64,000 nucleotides of DNA, taken from the NCBI GenBank assembly GCA_951406725.2, contig OX597822.1:49166001-49230000 (forward strand). The letters run 5' to 3'. Positions 25,667-39,531 of this stretch are shown piece after piece. This stretch comes from Octopus vulgaris (Eukaryota). The translations under genes and the position numbers were made by a program. Each line of letters starts with the position of its first letter. Within the stretch, counting starts at the first letter, position 1. A model generated the notes under the pieces. It did not search any database, had not been told where the DNA came from, and saw only the letters and a list, made by a program, of their open reading frames with translations.

Positions 25667-26939
25667 TTAGGCAGAATAAAAAGTAGGCAACGTTTTGAAA
25701 CATAAAATTCATCACAATATATTTCAACAATGCGGAAATTTTATTCATCAAAGTAAGTACCATTACATTTTTGCCTACGTGTTACAAGTTTGTTTATTCT
25801 GGTAACATAAAAACCTGGAGTTCTGGAGCTGATGAACTCTTTGAACGCACTTTCAGTATCGGTTTGATTTTTGAACTCCTTCTCTCGCTGGAAACCATGA
25901 AGGTGCTTGAAAAAGTAGTAGTCGGTAGGAGAAAGGTCTGGGGAATAAGCTGGGTGGTGAAGAAATTAGTAGCCACGTTTCCTTAACTTCTAGAGAGGCG
26001 TCATTAGTGAAACGTGTGTTCGAACATTGTCACGAAGACTGATTGGCCGTCTTCTGTTGACCAGTCTGGCACGGAGGAATAGCAGTTTTTCGTTCATTTT
26101 GGTAATTTCGTGGCAATATGTTTCTGCAGTATTGGTTTTTTCGGGTTTTAAGAAGTTATAGTGGATAAGTCCAGCACTACACCACGAAACAGTCACTATA
26201 ACCTTTTTGAAGTGTTCGGGTTTAAGGAAAATTTTCGGTGCTTCATTGTGGTCCAACCACTGCGAAGAACGTTTTCTATTATTGTACAGAATCCACTTTT
26301 CATCGCAAGTTACAATACGGTCAAGAAATGGATACGTCTGGTTACGGAGAAGAAGCGACGAGTAAATTTCATATCCACGCATTTTCTGAATTTCATTCAA
26401 ACCGTGTGGTACCCATTTGTCGAGCATATTTGATTTTCTGATCGCATGAAAATGGTTGCAGGCAGTTTTCTGGCTAACTTGAAGTTCTTTTGCCAGTTCT
26501 CGAGTGGTTTTATGCGAAGCTTTGTCAATGACGGTCTTTAATTGGCCATCATCAATGACAGATGAGTGTCCACTACGATCACGATCTTCAAGACTCAGGT
26601 CTCCACTGCGAAATCGTTTAACCATTTTCGAGCTGACCATTCACTGGTCATTTTCTCACCAAAAGTTTCGTTGATAGCGCGAGCATTTTCAGCTGCTTTA
26701 CATCTTTTTTTGAAGTTGAGTAGGAAAATTGTTCGAACATCGCGCTTTGATAGTTCCATTTCAGATGATTGTAACAACGGTGAAAACATATATATGTGAA
26801 ATTATTGATGCATCTGAACAAGTCTATGTCTAGACAATTGTAAAAAAAAAAAAATGTTTAAAAAAAATTCAAAGCTCTGCAAAAATCCGGTACAAATTCT
26901 TCATCGTTAAAATCATTGCTTACTTTTTACTGAACCTGA
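25667..26939 (-). mobile_element. Near full-length mariner (Hsmar1/cecropia-like), inactivated by stops and frameshifts
   Basis: TA-flanked TIRs TTAGGCAGAATAAAAAGTAGGCAACGTTTT and (revcomp) TCAGGTTCAGTAAAAAGTAAGCAATGATTTT. Motifs WVPHGL, TCDEKWILYNN, RDNVRTH, YSPDLSPTDY. Confidence 0.93.
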
Positions 26940-26989
26940 TACATATACATCATGAAGTGACACACTTTAATTAGCTGAAAATTTCTGCT

Positions 26990-27674
26990 AATTTAGTCCA
27001 AGGTCAGCCTGATTAAACAGACATGTGATCAAAAGTATGATCAAAAGTATCTGTCCCATTCTTTCTTCATGCACAGTGGTTTCAAAGCCAGATTATCCGA
27101 TATGTCCTCTAGTTTGAAGGAGATTTGGCTGCTATTTCTAGCATAATAATCTGTTTTGTTGGTTTACATTCCTCTTTCAGGCATATTTTTCTATTTTATA
27201 TTTCTGTTTTATTATTAATCAATGGAATTTACATAATTTGCGAAGGCGCGTGTCATGCAAGAATAAAACATGACTATTCTTTTATTCTCTTTCTAATTTC
27301 ACTCATTAGAATCTGGTCGATCATATCGATCCCAGTACACATATATTTCAATCAAGTACCTACTTTATCGAATTTACTTTGCCGAGCCGTTAAGCTATGA
27401 GACACGAAGAGATACAAAATAATATAAACACACACACATTCTCACGTGTATACACACAAACGCACGCGCGCGCGCGCACACACATACATGCACATATAGT
27501 TTGGGTAAATCCCAGCTGTTTTCTCTGACGAATCTCTAATTGCAAATTCCTCAGATATCCATCTAACGTGTAAATCTTTTTAATTCCTATTAATAAATCA
27601 AACACGTAAAATAAATAAACCCCCAAATTTCCACTTTCCTGATTTTGTACATACATGCATATATACACGCATAG

Positions 27675-27720
<46 letters not shown>

Positions 27721-29370
27721 CGATTCTACCCTATACTGTTCTCTCTCCCACTATCCTTTTCTCTCATCCTTTCTCTAATTCCGTTTTTCTCCCCGTCAGC
27801 GTTTTCTATCTGTCTGTCTGTCTGTCTGTCTCCCTCTTTCTTTTATACTCTCTCTCCTTCGTTGCTCACACGTGGCAATCGTCCATCTTTCTTTTCTTCA
27901 TGTGATTATCTTTCTTTTCCTCCAGGGCTGTCGTAGAGACTGCACATATCCTATCTTTCTCTCTCTCTCTTCTATCTTTTCTCCTGTCAAAGAAAATATT
28001 TCTCCAGCGTTCGCTATTTTACCTTCGTCTGGTATAACGACCGTCCATGGTTGTTTTCGTTTGGTTTCCTTGTATGTCTCCAATGTCCTGTTTTTGTTAC
28101 CAACTTTGATACTCCGCAAATCCAAAATTTTATTTTGGTTTGCGGCACTCATATTGTCGTTCAATGCTCGAAATGGGGAGTAGAAAGACAGCCGACAACT
28201 GATGAAGGGTCATTCTTTATGTTACTTGTCTTGTTATCCGTTTGTTTCTCTCGTTGTTTGAATATTCAACTCTTTTGTTTTCGTATTTCATGTTGTTTAC
28301 GGTTTTTGTCGTCCTTTACCCATACTTGCATATATATATATATATATTAATAAATGAAATAAAACATATGCATATATATAAACATATATGTACGTACCTA
28401 CCTCTACATGTACATATACACGCATATATGAGTACAGGACACCAAAGGGACGTCGAACACAAAGATATATATATATATATATATATATATTGACTCCTAC
28501 AAAACATAGCTGAAAGGTTGACCCCTCAATCCATGCATGTGTCTACATATATCCAAGAAGAGCTTCTATCAGACTCTCATGAAGTCAAAAGAAACAAGCA
28601 GTGCTTAATGTGGATGTCTCATGAAACTAATTAATTACATATATCACGTGATCACATGGTCACTTAGACTACCAGATGTTGTTACAGATCAATGGTCACA
28701 ATGCGTTTTACACCGTTTTAGCCTTCGAATGACGTCATCCCACTGGCTAGGCAAACAAGCCAACATTGTCTCAACCATTCCGATGATAGGATTGGAGCAA
28801 CGTGAAATGAAATATTTTGCTGAAGAGCACAACGTGCCGTCCGGTCTGGGAATTAAACTCCCAATCTAATGATCGTAAGTGTAAATTCCAAACCACTAGA
28901 CCTGCACCTCCACAATTATATACATTCAATTATATACATCCAGTTATATACAGCCAACTGATTAATTGTTAAACAGAAAAATAAACGCAGAAAATACGCT
29001 TGAAAGAGGATGTAAATCAACAACAGAGATTATTCTACAGTTCTATATTTAAGAGATGAGGAATTATGTACATTATTTACATTATTTACAAGACTCCCGA
29101 GGAAGGCTAGATGGTATATCAGCCGAAACGTTGTGTTAACAACAAACAAGATGAGGACAAATACCCATCAAATGTGAATAATGTAAATCATGTAGAAATT
29201 ACTCTGTTAGAAATAGCAGCGAAATCTCCTTCAAATTACAGGATATATCGGATACTGTGGCTTTGAAAGCACTGTGCATGAAGAAAGAATAGGACGGATA
29301 CCGATGGATTACTTTTGATCATGCTTTTGATCACATTTCTATTTAATCAAGGCTGGCCCTGGGCTAAATG
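26990..29370. repeat. Inverted pair of ~165-bp dispersed-repeat copies (26990-27152 and 29194-29370)
   Basis: Both carry the (GC)TAGAAATAGCAGC motif and share an internal TGATCAAAAG duplication. Confidence 0.8.
28640..28915 (-). mobile_element. tRNA-derived SINE (family B/C hybrid), decayed
   Basis: Minus strand has a GTGGAGGTGCA..TAGTGG head, a GTTGTGCTCTTCAGCAAAATATTTCATTTCACGTTGCTCC centre and a GAAGGCTAAAC...GCATTGTGACC tail like 47360-47645. Confidence 0.65.
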
Positions 29371-29471
29371 ACAACATCAATAACATCAACACCAAATTCC
29401 ATAAAATAAAAGAGATAGGAAATGGGAAGTTTCCAACTTAAACCACCATCAATTTAAACATTTTTGCTCAC

Positions 29472-29678
29472 CTGTATATCTTTCTCAAGGAAACTTTCAT
29501 TTTCTCCTTCCTCTGTTTTGTCTCCAATGGCAGAAGGATTGCCACTTGAGGTAAATGTACTTAACACTGCTGTTGTTGACTTGGAGCCTGGTACGAATTT
29601 GCCAGTTCGTGCTAACATTGTCGAATGCGACTGCTGTTGCTGTTGTTCTTTCCCTCGAGTCTTGTATACGTGGTATGC
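29472..29678 (-). CDS. GPR158: GPR158-like GPCR exon (proximal cytoplasmic tail)
   Basis: Acceptor CTTTCAATAACAG|, donor |GTGAGC; 207 nt, phase 0/0, open. Encodes AYHVYKTRGKEQQQQQSHSTMLARTGKFVPGSKSTTAVLSTFTSSGNPSAIGDKTEEGENESFLEKDIQ; the DIQ end leads into the coiled-coil EEFRRLY (cf. GPR158 EDIR-DELKKLY). Confidence 0.85.
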
Positions 29679-30387
29679 CTGTTATTGAAAGAGGAGACTA
29701 AAGTTATGAATAATAATTTAATTATAAAACGTTTCTGTAGTACAGCCTTTGTGTAACGATGAAGTTACATAATACGCGTAACACTTTAGAAATTTATCAA
29801 TGAAAATGAGAATGAGAAGAAATGAATAATTTCACAAAATTGCTTATGCCATTCTGATCACAAAATGTTAATTAAATATGAAGCTTTAGAACTAAATAAA
29901 GTCGTCGAGGGACGGGAAAATGTGGTATTGAAGCCTCTGATAATTTACCGAGAAAATATTCTCCAAAAACTGGTGGTTTCCTAATTAGAGAAGTCTAATT
30001 AATAGTAATGGAAACAAAATTAATATTCACCACACATAACTGTTGTACTTCACTGTATATGAGAAAGAGAATAATAAAATCTAGCATTGGCACAGGGTCA
30101 GGAGCTAGGAAGGAGGGTTTGTCAATTTATTCATCGAATGTACGTGTCCCACAGTTCAATTTTATCAAATATGGAATGATGGGAAGCAAAGTTACAGACA
30201 AATATTTCTTATATTCGATGAAATAAAATAAAATGAGAAACTTAAGAGAACTTATAAACCTATATAAGTGTGCGCGTACGCACGCACACACATGTGTGAC
30301 GTTTTGGGTGAGTGTCTTCTAGTATAGCCTTAGCCGACCGAAGCCTTATGAGTGGATTGTGTAGATGGAAACTAAAAGAAACTCGTC

Positions 30388-30427
<40 letters not shown>

Positions 30428-30500
30428 ATAAAACGTTTTTTATGTGTATGTATATTTATGTTTGTGTATATGTGTGTATATGTATATGTATCTGTATCTG

Positions 30501-30559
<59 letters not shown>

Positions 30560-30782
30560 ATGTATATATATATATATCTGTATATATAGGAGTGTACATG
30601 TATATGGGTGGATGCATTTTTTACACTTGTTTTTTCTGTACGTATGTGTACATCCAGTTTTGATTATATCCCTGTATAATTTTGTTTGTGTAGATGTATA
30701 TATGTTGATTTTTTTGTGTGTATACTTATATATGAGTATGTATCTATATGTGTTTGTATGTATATGTCTCTCTCTCTATATA

Positions 30783-30835
<53 letters not shown>

Positions 30836-30929
30836 CTATAGATATATTCATAGAAATGGTAAGACAACAAAAGAATGAAAGAGACCGCGATATTATGTAA
30901 AAAGAGGAATTGTTCTGTATGTGTAATAT

Positions 30930-31312
30930 GTGGCTGTGTGGTAAGTAGCTTGCTTCCCAACCACATGGTTCCATGTTCAGTCCCACTGTGTGGCATGTTT
31001 AGCCTCGGGCCGACGAAAGCCATAAGAGTGAATTTGGTAGACGGAAACTGAAAGAAGCCTGTCGTATATATGTATATATATATATATGCGTGTGTGTGTA
31101 TTTGTGTGTCTGTATTTGTCCCCCCAACATCGCTTGACAACCGATGCTGGTGTTTTTACGTCCCCGTAACTTAGCCGTTCGGCAAAAGAGACCGATAGAA
31201 TAAGTACTAGGCTTACGAAGAATAAGTCCTGGGGTCGATTTGCTCGACTAAAGGCGGTGCTCCAGCATGGCCACAGTCAAATGACTGAAACAAGTAAAAC
31301 AGTAAAAGAGTA
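30930..31312 (+). mobile_element. SINE family A
   Basis: GTGGCTGTGTGGTAAGTAGC head to CAAATGACTGAAACAAGTAAAA tail. Confidence 0.9.
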
Positions 31313-31335
31313 TGTGACAATTATTCGGTAGCCAT

Positions 31336-31396
31336 GATAAAACTCCGAGTTTTGGATGTCGGGGTGGAAATCTACGCCGCCATCTCTTCAGTTATC
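31336..31396 (-). ncRNA. Decayed type I hammerhead-like motif
   Basis: GATAA CTGAAGA GATG..(long stem II)..CATC C AAAA CTCGGAG TT|TTATC: stem I GATAA/TTATC, stem III ACT/AGT. GAAA is mutated to AAAA, consistent with CpG decay. Confidence 0.5.
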
Positions 31397-32908
31397 CGGC
31401 CATCGGAAAAAAAACTGCTATGAAAATGACCGTTAAACAAAGGGAAATTACTGTGTGATTGACCGTTATTAACACAAAAGAGCTATTTGAATGACTGCTA
31501 AGTGAGGGGCGGGAGCAAAAGTAAGGGGGTAAAAATATTCATAGTATTCACGTAAGTGCGCATATCCATACCTACACATGCGCGTCCACACACCCACGAA
31601 CACGCGCATATAAGTATACATTCATCCAACTTCACTTGAAACACACACATTCCCACCCACACCATTCACAAAAAAAAAAATATATATATACACACACACC
31701 CACACACATGCAGCAAAAAGGTTCATACACATGGCTATATACGCACAAGCACAAGAAAGAAGCAGGTCTAAGGGCAACAATACAGAAAATAGTGTAAAGA
31801 AGTATAAAAAAAATAAGAGTAAAACACGTCTATATACGCACATACCCGTATGCACGCACACACACACACACACACACACGTCTATATACGCTCATATCCG
31901 CATACGTCTATATACGCACACTTCTATATACGCACACATCACACACACACGCACAAAAAGTTCATATACACGTCTATACATACACATACACAAGAAAAAA
32001 CAGGGCTAAAGGCAAAATACTGGAAAATGTGTAAAAAAATGTAAAAAATTATGAGTAAAAAAGGCGTTATACTCGCACATACTTGCATGCACGTGCACAC
32101 ATACGCGCGCGCACAAAAGAGTCCATATACACGTCTATATACGCACAGGGAAAATGCAGAGTCGAAGGTAGAATACAGAAAAGATATATGTAAAAAATAT
32201 AAGAGCAATAAACCTATAAAACAATATATCTATAAATATGTAAAAAATATATGTACAAAAAATATATAAATATATATAAAAATATATAAGAAATAAAGAA
32301 GTATAAGTAAAAAGTATGAAGAGACAACAAGGTATGTATTAATGTATGTATTTGTGTATGTGTGTGTATGTATGGGTATGTTTGTATGTATATGATTGCG
32401 TGTGTTGCCGTTTTGAATTCCTTCCTGCGATTGAACGTAAATTGACCCCTGGCTATTAGACACCCCCCCCACAATTGTTTTCGGTTTGTACCTGTTAGAA
32501 CTGTGGCTATATAACGTGGAAAGTCTTATGTTCTGAAATATAAATTTTGAATTTGTTTTAATTATAAAATTACACCTTAGCTAAAAACACATCTTTTGGC
32601 TTTGGAAAACAGAACCGTTTCTTTCTCTTTGTACAGTTTTTGTTAAGTTAGAATTTCCCTGTTTTGGTCGGGATTTTTCAATTTCCTCTGTCAAGCAATG
32701 AACAGAAGCATTTAAAAAATTAAATTCATAGAGCCGAACAAAATTAAAAATATTAATTTTAATTGTAATGATGGAAAGGAGTAAACAATTTCCCATTCCT
32801 TATTACTAACAAAAGGATAGTATGTGGGGGATTTAGCTGTTATTTCTAGCAAATTGAACAATCACACGGTACCTCATTGGCTCATTTGTTGATTTGTATA
32901 AGTTAAAA

Positions 32909-33245
32909 GGCGCGTGGCTCAGTGGTTAGAGCGTCGAGCTTACGATCGTGAGGTTGTGAGCTCGAATCCCAGACCGGGCTGTGTGTTGCGTTCTTGAGCA
33001 AGACACTTTATTTCACGTTGCTCCAGTTCACTCAGCTGTAGAAATGAGTTGCGACGTCACAGGTGCCAAGCTGTATCAGCCCTCGCCTTTCCTTTGGACA
33101 ACATCGGTGACGTGGAGAGGGGAGGCCGGTATGCATGGGCGACTGCTGGTTTTCCATAAAACAACCTTGCATAGATTTGTGCCTCAGGTGGTAACTCTCT
33201 AGGTGCAAACCCATGGTCAGTGTCTGACCGAAGGGGGTCACAATC
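32909..33245 (+). mobile_element. tRNA-derived SINE family B
   Basis: A box TGGCTCAGTGG and B box GCTCGAATCC, followed by the conserved-type central domain GTTCTTGAGCAAGACACTTTATTTCACGTTGCTCCAGTTCACTCAGCTG. Confidence 0.85.
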
Positions 33246-33332
33246 ACAATAAGTTAAAAACTAAAGGAAAAACAGACACTAGCAAACACACAGACACATA
33301 CAGACACACAGATACACACCCACACACACGCA

Positions 33333-33442
<110 letters not shown>

Positions 33443-35949
33443 GCAAGGATGACACGTATGAATGATGAAACCACCTTGAGCATAATCCTATGAACCCGGA
33501 AAATTTAAAACAGAGGGTTACCTTCTTGCAAACAAATGTGGTAACATGTAACATCATTGACCGAGGTTACCGTGGTCTTTTCCGTAGGATTTTCTTCCCA
33601 CGGATTAACCTTATCTGCTTCGCCCTTCACACTTTACACCATGACACAGTGATACATGATCCCTATTGATCGTTTTCTTTCCACCCCTTTTTTTTTCTTC
33701 CGTCCCTTTTACGATCTCTTTTGATCGAAAACCTAACCTACCTTTTTTTTGTAGTTTCTATGAGATCAGACTGTTTATGGAATTTATAGTAAATTTATTT
33801 CTGATGGAATGGATACAATAATTTAGAGATCAGGGATTTGTTCAGCCCCATAATAGTAAAACTTGAAGCTCAATTTGAACTACACTACTTTTCAACCTAA
33901 TAACGACCTCATTGGTTGACTATAGCTTTCGAGTGCAGCAACTTTAATATAGACAGCATTTTCTTATGTTAAGGTTCAATCTTTTTATGTGGTTCAGTTT
34001 CAACACATCGATTAGGGCTGCCAATAATTGTTCTTTTAGGCGCATAGGAAAAGCGCGTTGCATTTTGAAATGCAAGATAAGTTAATTTTGTTTTCGTTGT
34101 ACAATAAGGGTTTAAGACGTACTTGTCTTTGTCCCACAGACCTGTCAGGCAGATGTTTTTTCCGCCAAATATTTCATATCTACTGACTATATATATGTTC
34201 TGGTATTTACAGAAGAGGAAAGTTGGGAAGTTTTCCTGTTTCTCAATGCGAGCCCTTGATCCCTTCAATTGGTGAAACTCACGTACTTTATTGCTTTTAT
34301 TATTGTTACTATAAAGTAGTTTACAGTTCAAAATGTTATTTTCTATTAGAAAATCATATATTACTTGTTAAATGAATGTATTCTGTCTAGTAATTTGTTT
34401 TCTTTTTCAGTTTACCTTCTATAAAAACCTGGTTTTGTTTTATTTTGAATTTTTATTTTTTTGCTTACAATTAATAAACCTTTCTTCGCAAAATACAATT
34501 AATTTTCTAAAAACTCAATTACAACTAATGCAAAGCAAACATGTAAATTCCTATCTATTCTTTTTGAAGTTCCACATAAAAAAAAATAGAAAGGAGACAA
34601 GCACCGTCATTATCTACCTTCTGAAACTCACATTACAGTGTATCTACGGCCTGTTTTGATTATTGAATTTGGGTGGATAGTTTCCCCTTTTTTAATAGAT
34701 ATGAAATGGAATATTTGTTGGGCGAAGTAAAAGTCGAACCCATACGTGACTGATACTTTATCATATCGTACTCGATAGTCGGTTGTTTTGTAAATCAAGA
34801 TGTAAAACAATGTCAAGTAATTTACTCCAGAGTTCAATTCATTTACCGATCCCTGTTCTGCCAATGACGATAATTTTTATCATTATGATTTAAGAGGAAT
34901 ACGATTAAAACAAATATGTTAGTAGATAAATGTTTGTTCATATGGTGACCGACTCTTGACCTTTTCAGGACGAAACGTTTATAAAGAGTAGAAGTGATGT
35001 TACTCGTTTTTATTAATTGTAAAATAATTTATAAGTTATAAGAAGGCAGCTGCTCGAAATGTCTGAATTAGTTGCTCGTTATGGCACACAAACTTATTTT
35101 ACTTGGCATAGCTTATTAATTGCATGCTGAGAGACTTGAAAATCAAAAGACGTCTTACTGAAAGCCATTTAAAGTGAAGTAGGGATTGGAGGACAAAATT
35201 GTGGGTGTGTTCGCTTGAGAAAGAGAGAGAGAGAGGGGGGGATAGATAGAGATAGAGCGAGAGAGAAGTGAGTAAGAGAGTGAGAAAAAGACAGGAAATG
35301 ATTGTTTGAGAGAGGGTACTACGGAGAAGTAGAAAGAAAGAACGATAGAGCGAGACAGCAGAACAAACAGAATATAAAGTAAGAGAGAGAGAGCGAGGAG
35401 AAATGGAGCGAGAAGGCGATTGTACGAGAAGCTGATAATATGAAAGGAAGATATAAGAGGGGATGGGATGAGTAGAAACTAGTACAACAGTGATGAAAAG
35501 CATATTAATTACAAATTATTTAACACGTTTCGCGTTTCAATAACTATCATCATAATTATCTTCCTTCTCTTCTTCTTTCTCCTTCACATCATTACATTTC
35601 GCATCATACATTACGCTCAGTTAAATTTTAAAATGCAGTCAATTGAAACGGGAAAATATATAAATATGAAATGTAAATTTCAAATTGTAGTGTAAATTAT
35701 CAGAGCAATTAAAAATACAAATTAAAGGCTCCATTTATTTCAACTATATGGAACGGATATGTTTTCAAATTATATTTCCATAGCAAACCATAACAAGTTT
35801 ACTGCTTGACTGAGCAATGTGCAATATTTATTTCGTAATGCCAATATCGCTTGATACAGCAATATTATTTCCAGTTCGAATATTACCAGTGGCACATTCA
35901 AACTCGTAAACAAGCCATTCACACTATTTTGTCATAGAGAAAAAAAATT

Positions 35950-36245
35950 GTACTGCGGTCATGTTAGAGCATCACCTTAAAGGATTTTAGTCGGACAAAT
36001 CGACCCCGAGACTTATTTTTTAAGCCTAATACTTATTCTATTGGTCACTTTTGCTAAACCGCTAATTTACGGGACCGTAAACATATCAAGACCGGTTGGG
36101 GGAGGGCAAACATAGACAAAAAAACACACACACATACACACATACGACAGGGCTTTTCATTTTCCACCTGTCAAATCCACTCACAAGGTTTTGGTCGGTC
36201 CGAGGCTATAGTAGAAGACACTTGCCCAGAGTGCCATGCAGTGGG
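35950..36245 (-). mobile_element. SINE family A, partial
   Basis: Reverse-complement tail and body motifs (GACACTTGCCCA, CAAATCCACTCACAAGG). Confidence 0.75.
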
Positions 36246-36719
36246 AGGGTCGAGTCTCACACATACATAGACGTATCATACAGATATATACGTCTATATA
36301 TGCGCATATATAAGGATATATATATATATAATTTAAAGGTCACAATACATATATTAAAGTGCTACTAATAGTTTCATATCTTTGTTGAGAAAACTCACAC
36401 ATATTCTTCCAGCGCAAACCAAAGATCATAACGAAGTAAAGAAATTGAATAATAGGAGAAACGCGAAAAAATTGAGAAGGCCGTATATAGAAAACGCAGA
36501 CAGTAAATAACGGAAAATGAAAAACAGAAACTAAAATGTGAAAAATAAAAAGTAAAACGGTAAAAGAGCTATCCTCCTGAGGCCTTAAATGATAAGTCTG
36601 GAAAGATATCAAGTCAGTCAGGAAATTTTCCAATTTTTCAAAATATATTTATACATGTGTAAGCAATCGCTGAAAATTACTGACCTGGAGTTCAATAGAG
36701 TGTTAGGGATCTTAGATAA

Positions 36720-37450
36720 ACAAAGTCTACGTTTATTCGATCCATTCATATAAGGTATGGCTTTCTCAATTACTTTCGATTTAATCACATGCGGTGTTTC
36801 GTTATCTTTCAGAGTTCATATGTAGCTAGCCAGCTTAGAAGCTTTACTTTTGTCCTTATGTCAGAAGGAGGCTATGTCATTGGCATAGCGATTTTTAAAT
36901 TCGCCTTCACATAATCCAATGTAGGCCTTCTTATCAGTTGTATTTTTTATTTAGGGTTGCAGTAATTTCTGCTTCATGTATGATAGATTTAGTCATACAT
37001 CGTTGGTCAAGTGGACAGGATCCTGGGTCGCAACAGTTGCAACTGTATTCAGGCTCTTGGTATTGACCACGTGTAATGATACTCTTCATATTGGAGCAGC
37101 AGCTATATGATAATTTCACAGAGCACCTATTAAATATTTTCCTATATATATGAGTGGCTGGAAAGTGTTTGTCTAGGAGAGACAGGAATATTTCACCAAT
37201 GTTAGTTTTTATATTAAAGGTAAAAGGAGGGGAAAATCAAATCTTTTATTCCTATTTTGATTATTATTAGAGGGATTATATATCAATTTATCTTTCAAGC
37301 CACTATTGGCTAGGGTCTTGCTATTGTTATAATATGGGGCAGCTTTCTCGAAAGTTCCTTTGGGAGAAGAGAGGTTAGACACTCTGTTTACTATTATTAG
37401 TCATCATGTTTTTAAATATTACAGGAAGATGACAGGACTGTTTATATATG
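36720..37450 (-). mobile_element. Penelope-like element fragment (RT thumb/linker and GIY-YIG endonuclease)
   Basis: PPFTFNIKTNIGEIFLSLLDKHFPATHIYRKIFNRCSVKLSYSCCSNMKSII...CNCCDPGSCPLDQRCMTKSIIHEAEI...YIGLCEGEFKNRYAN: the PLE CCHH linker and YIG...F K R motif. Confidence 0.88.
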
Positions 37451-37843
37451 TATATGCGAGTTTCTCAGATGGAGTACTTTTTTGTTGAATTTTCTATCAA
37501 GGGACACCAAGCTAAGTTGAAAGAAGTTAAGAGAAGTTAATAGAAGTCAAAAGCACCTGGGAACGAGAAAGGAGAAAATAAAAGAGTAACAATTGAGAAA
37601 AGGAAAACGAAAAAATGAAAAAATGAGACAGTTTGAAAGAGTGTGAGTTTTTAATAGATTACATAAACCTCAACACACTCGAAGAAGTTTTGAGACAATG
37701 TAGAAAATACCAAAAGGTTTCAAAAAATTCAAAATTCTTAGAGAATTCTCTTCAATCTCGGAAATTTTTTATTTAAATGTTCAGCGTTATGAAATTATAG
37801 AATTTCAAAATTAATTATGTATGCCTGTATGTATGTATGCCTG

Positions 37844-37881
<38 letters not shown>

Positions 37882-38305
37882 TGGAGAGAGAGAGATATAT
37901 AACTATATATATATATATATGTGTGTGTGTATGTGTGTGTGCGTGTGTGTTTGTATGTAGGTATATACTTGTTTTAGTACACTGATTCACAGGCGCATGT
38001 ATTGTGAAAGTGCAAGCGTTTGTATTGAAATTATATACAGGTGCCTATATCTGTATGGTATATTTATGCATGTATGCGTGTATGTGTAAGTAAATGTTTG
38101 TGTGCGTATGTGCATATATGAGCTTCTTAGTATGCAAGTATGTATGTATGTATGTATGTATGTATGTATGTATGTATGTATGTATGTATGTATGTATGTT
38201 TGTATGTATGTATGTATGTATGTATGCATGTATGTATGTGTGTATGTATGTATGCATGTATGTATGCATGTATGTATGTATGTATATATATATATATATA
38301 TATAT

Positions 38306-39531
38306 ACAAAATAACGGAATCACCTAGCATCATGACATCATAATTTTGAAACTTCTATTAAACTGTCAAAAGTTTGTTTATTTTTATGTTTTTTAATTTA
38401 TTATAAGTGTTGCTTAATATGTTTTGCTAAAATTGCAGTTTCTTTTCAGATATCATCAGAAAAAGGTAACTAAAATTCATTAAAATGACAGATCTATCGG
38501 GTTTTCAAAGAGGTCAAATTGTTGGTGCTTGTATGGCAGGCGCTAGCGTAACGAAAACAGCCGAGATGTTTCGTGTATCAAGAAGTATGGTCTCGAAAGT
38601 AATGACAGTCTTTGAAAAAGAAGGAAAAATCTCCTAGTCGAAACAAAACTCCGGAAGAAAACCAAAACTTTCAGATAGGGACCGTCGGACTCTTAGAGTT
38701 GTTAGAAAGGATCACAAAAGTACAGCTCCCAAAAATTACTGCAGAGCTTTATGACCACCCCGAGAATTCAGTTTCTGCAAAGACTGTTCGCCAGGAGTTG
38801 CACAAAGCCGGATTTCACGGGAGGGCTAACCACTACTTTCAAAAACAAACGTTGAAAAGCGTTTAGAGTGGAGTAAAAACTTACAGAATTGGTCCCTAGA
38901 GTAGTGGAAGAATGTTATTTTCTCGGACATGTTACCATATTTCCGACCACCGGCCGAGTATACGTAGGAGACAGCCAAAAGACTACCTTCTTCCAACTGT
39001 TAAACACGGTGGAGGATCTGTGATGATCTGGAGGGCTATATCTTGGAAATCTGCCGGCCCAATGGTTTCCCTTCATGTAATATTAATAATCAAGACTATT
39101 TAAACATTTTATCTGATCAAATTCATCCTATGGTTGCGGACTGTTTCCGGAGGGAAATGCAATCTTTCAGGATGATAATGCACCAATTCACACAGCTAAA
39201 TTTGTTACTGAATGGCACGAGGAACATTCTAGTGAAGTTGAACATCTTATCTGGCCACCACAGTCCGCAGATCTCAGTATTATTGAACATTTATGGTGCA
39301 TTTTACAAAAACAAGTAAGGAGTCGATATACTCCACCATAATCACTACAAGAACTAGATACTGTTTTAGCCGAAGAATGGACAAAACTTCCTTTGGAAAC
39401 AATTTAAACTTTGTACGAGTCCATACCTCGTAGAATTCAAGCTGTAATTACTGTTAAAGATGGTCCTACCTCATATTAAAATTAATTTGTTTGAAATTTT
39501 AAAGTGTTTCCAGTATTTTGTCCAACCCCTG
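38306..39531 (+). mobile_element. Tc1-like transposon with DD36E triad, decayed
   Basis: MTDLSGFQRGQIVGACMAGASVTKTAEMFRVSRSMVSKVM, TVKHGGGSVMIW, FQDDNAPIHTAKFVTEWHEEHSSEVEHLIWPPQSADLSIIEHLW. Right TIR revcomp is CAGGGGTTGGACAAAATACTGGAAACAC followed by TA; left remnant ACAAAATAACGGAATCAC. Confidence 0.92.

Noticed and set aside
25921-26031. DD35D spacing in the 25.7-26.9 kb mariner as a new subfamily
   Set aside because: The interval contains two stops and a likely 3-bp slippage; most simply a decayed DD34D.
32909-32980. tRNA gene (also 47360-47425)
   Set aside because: A/B boxes are present but there is no complete cloverleaf or acceptor stem, and both continue into SINE bodies.
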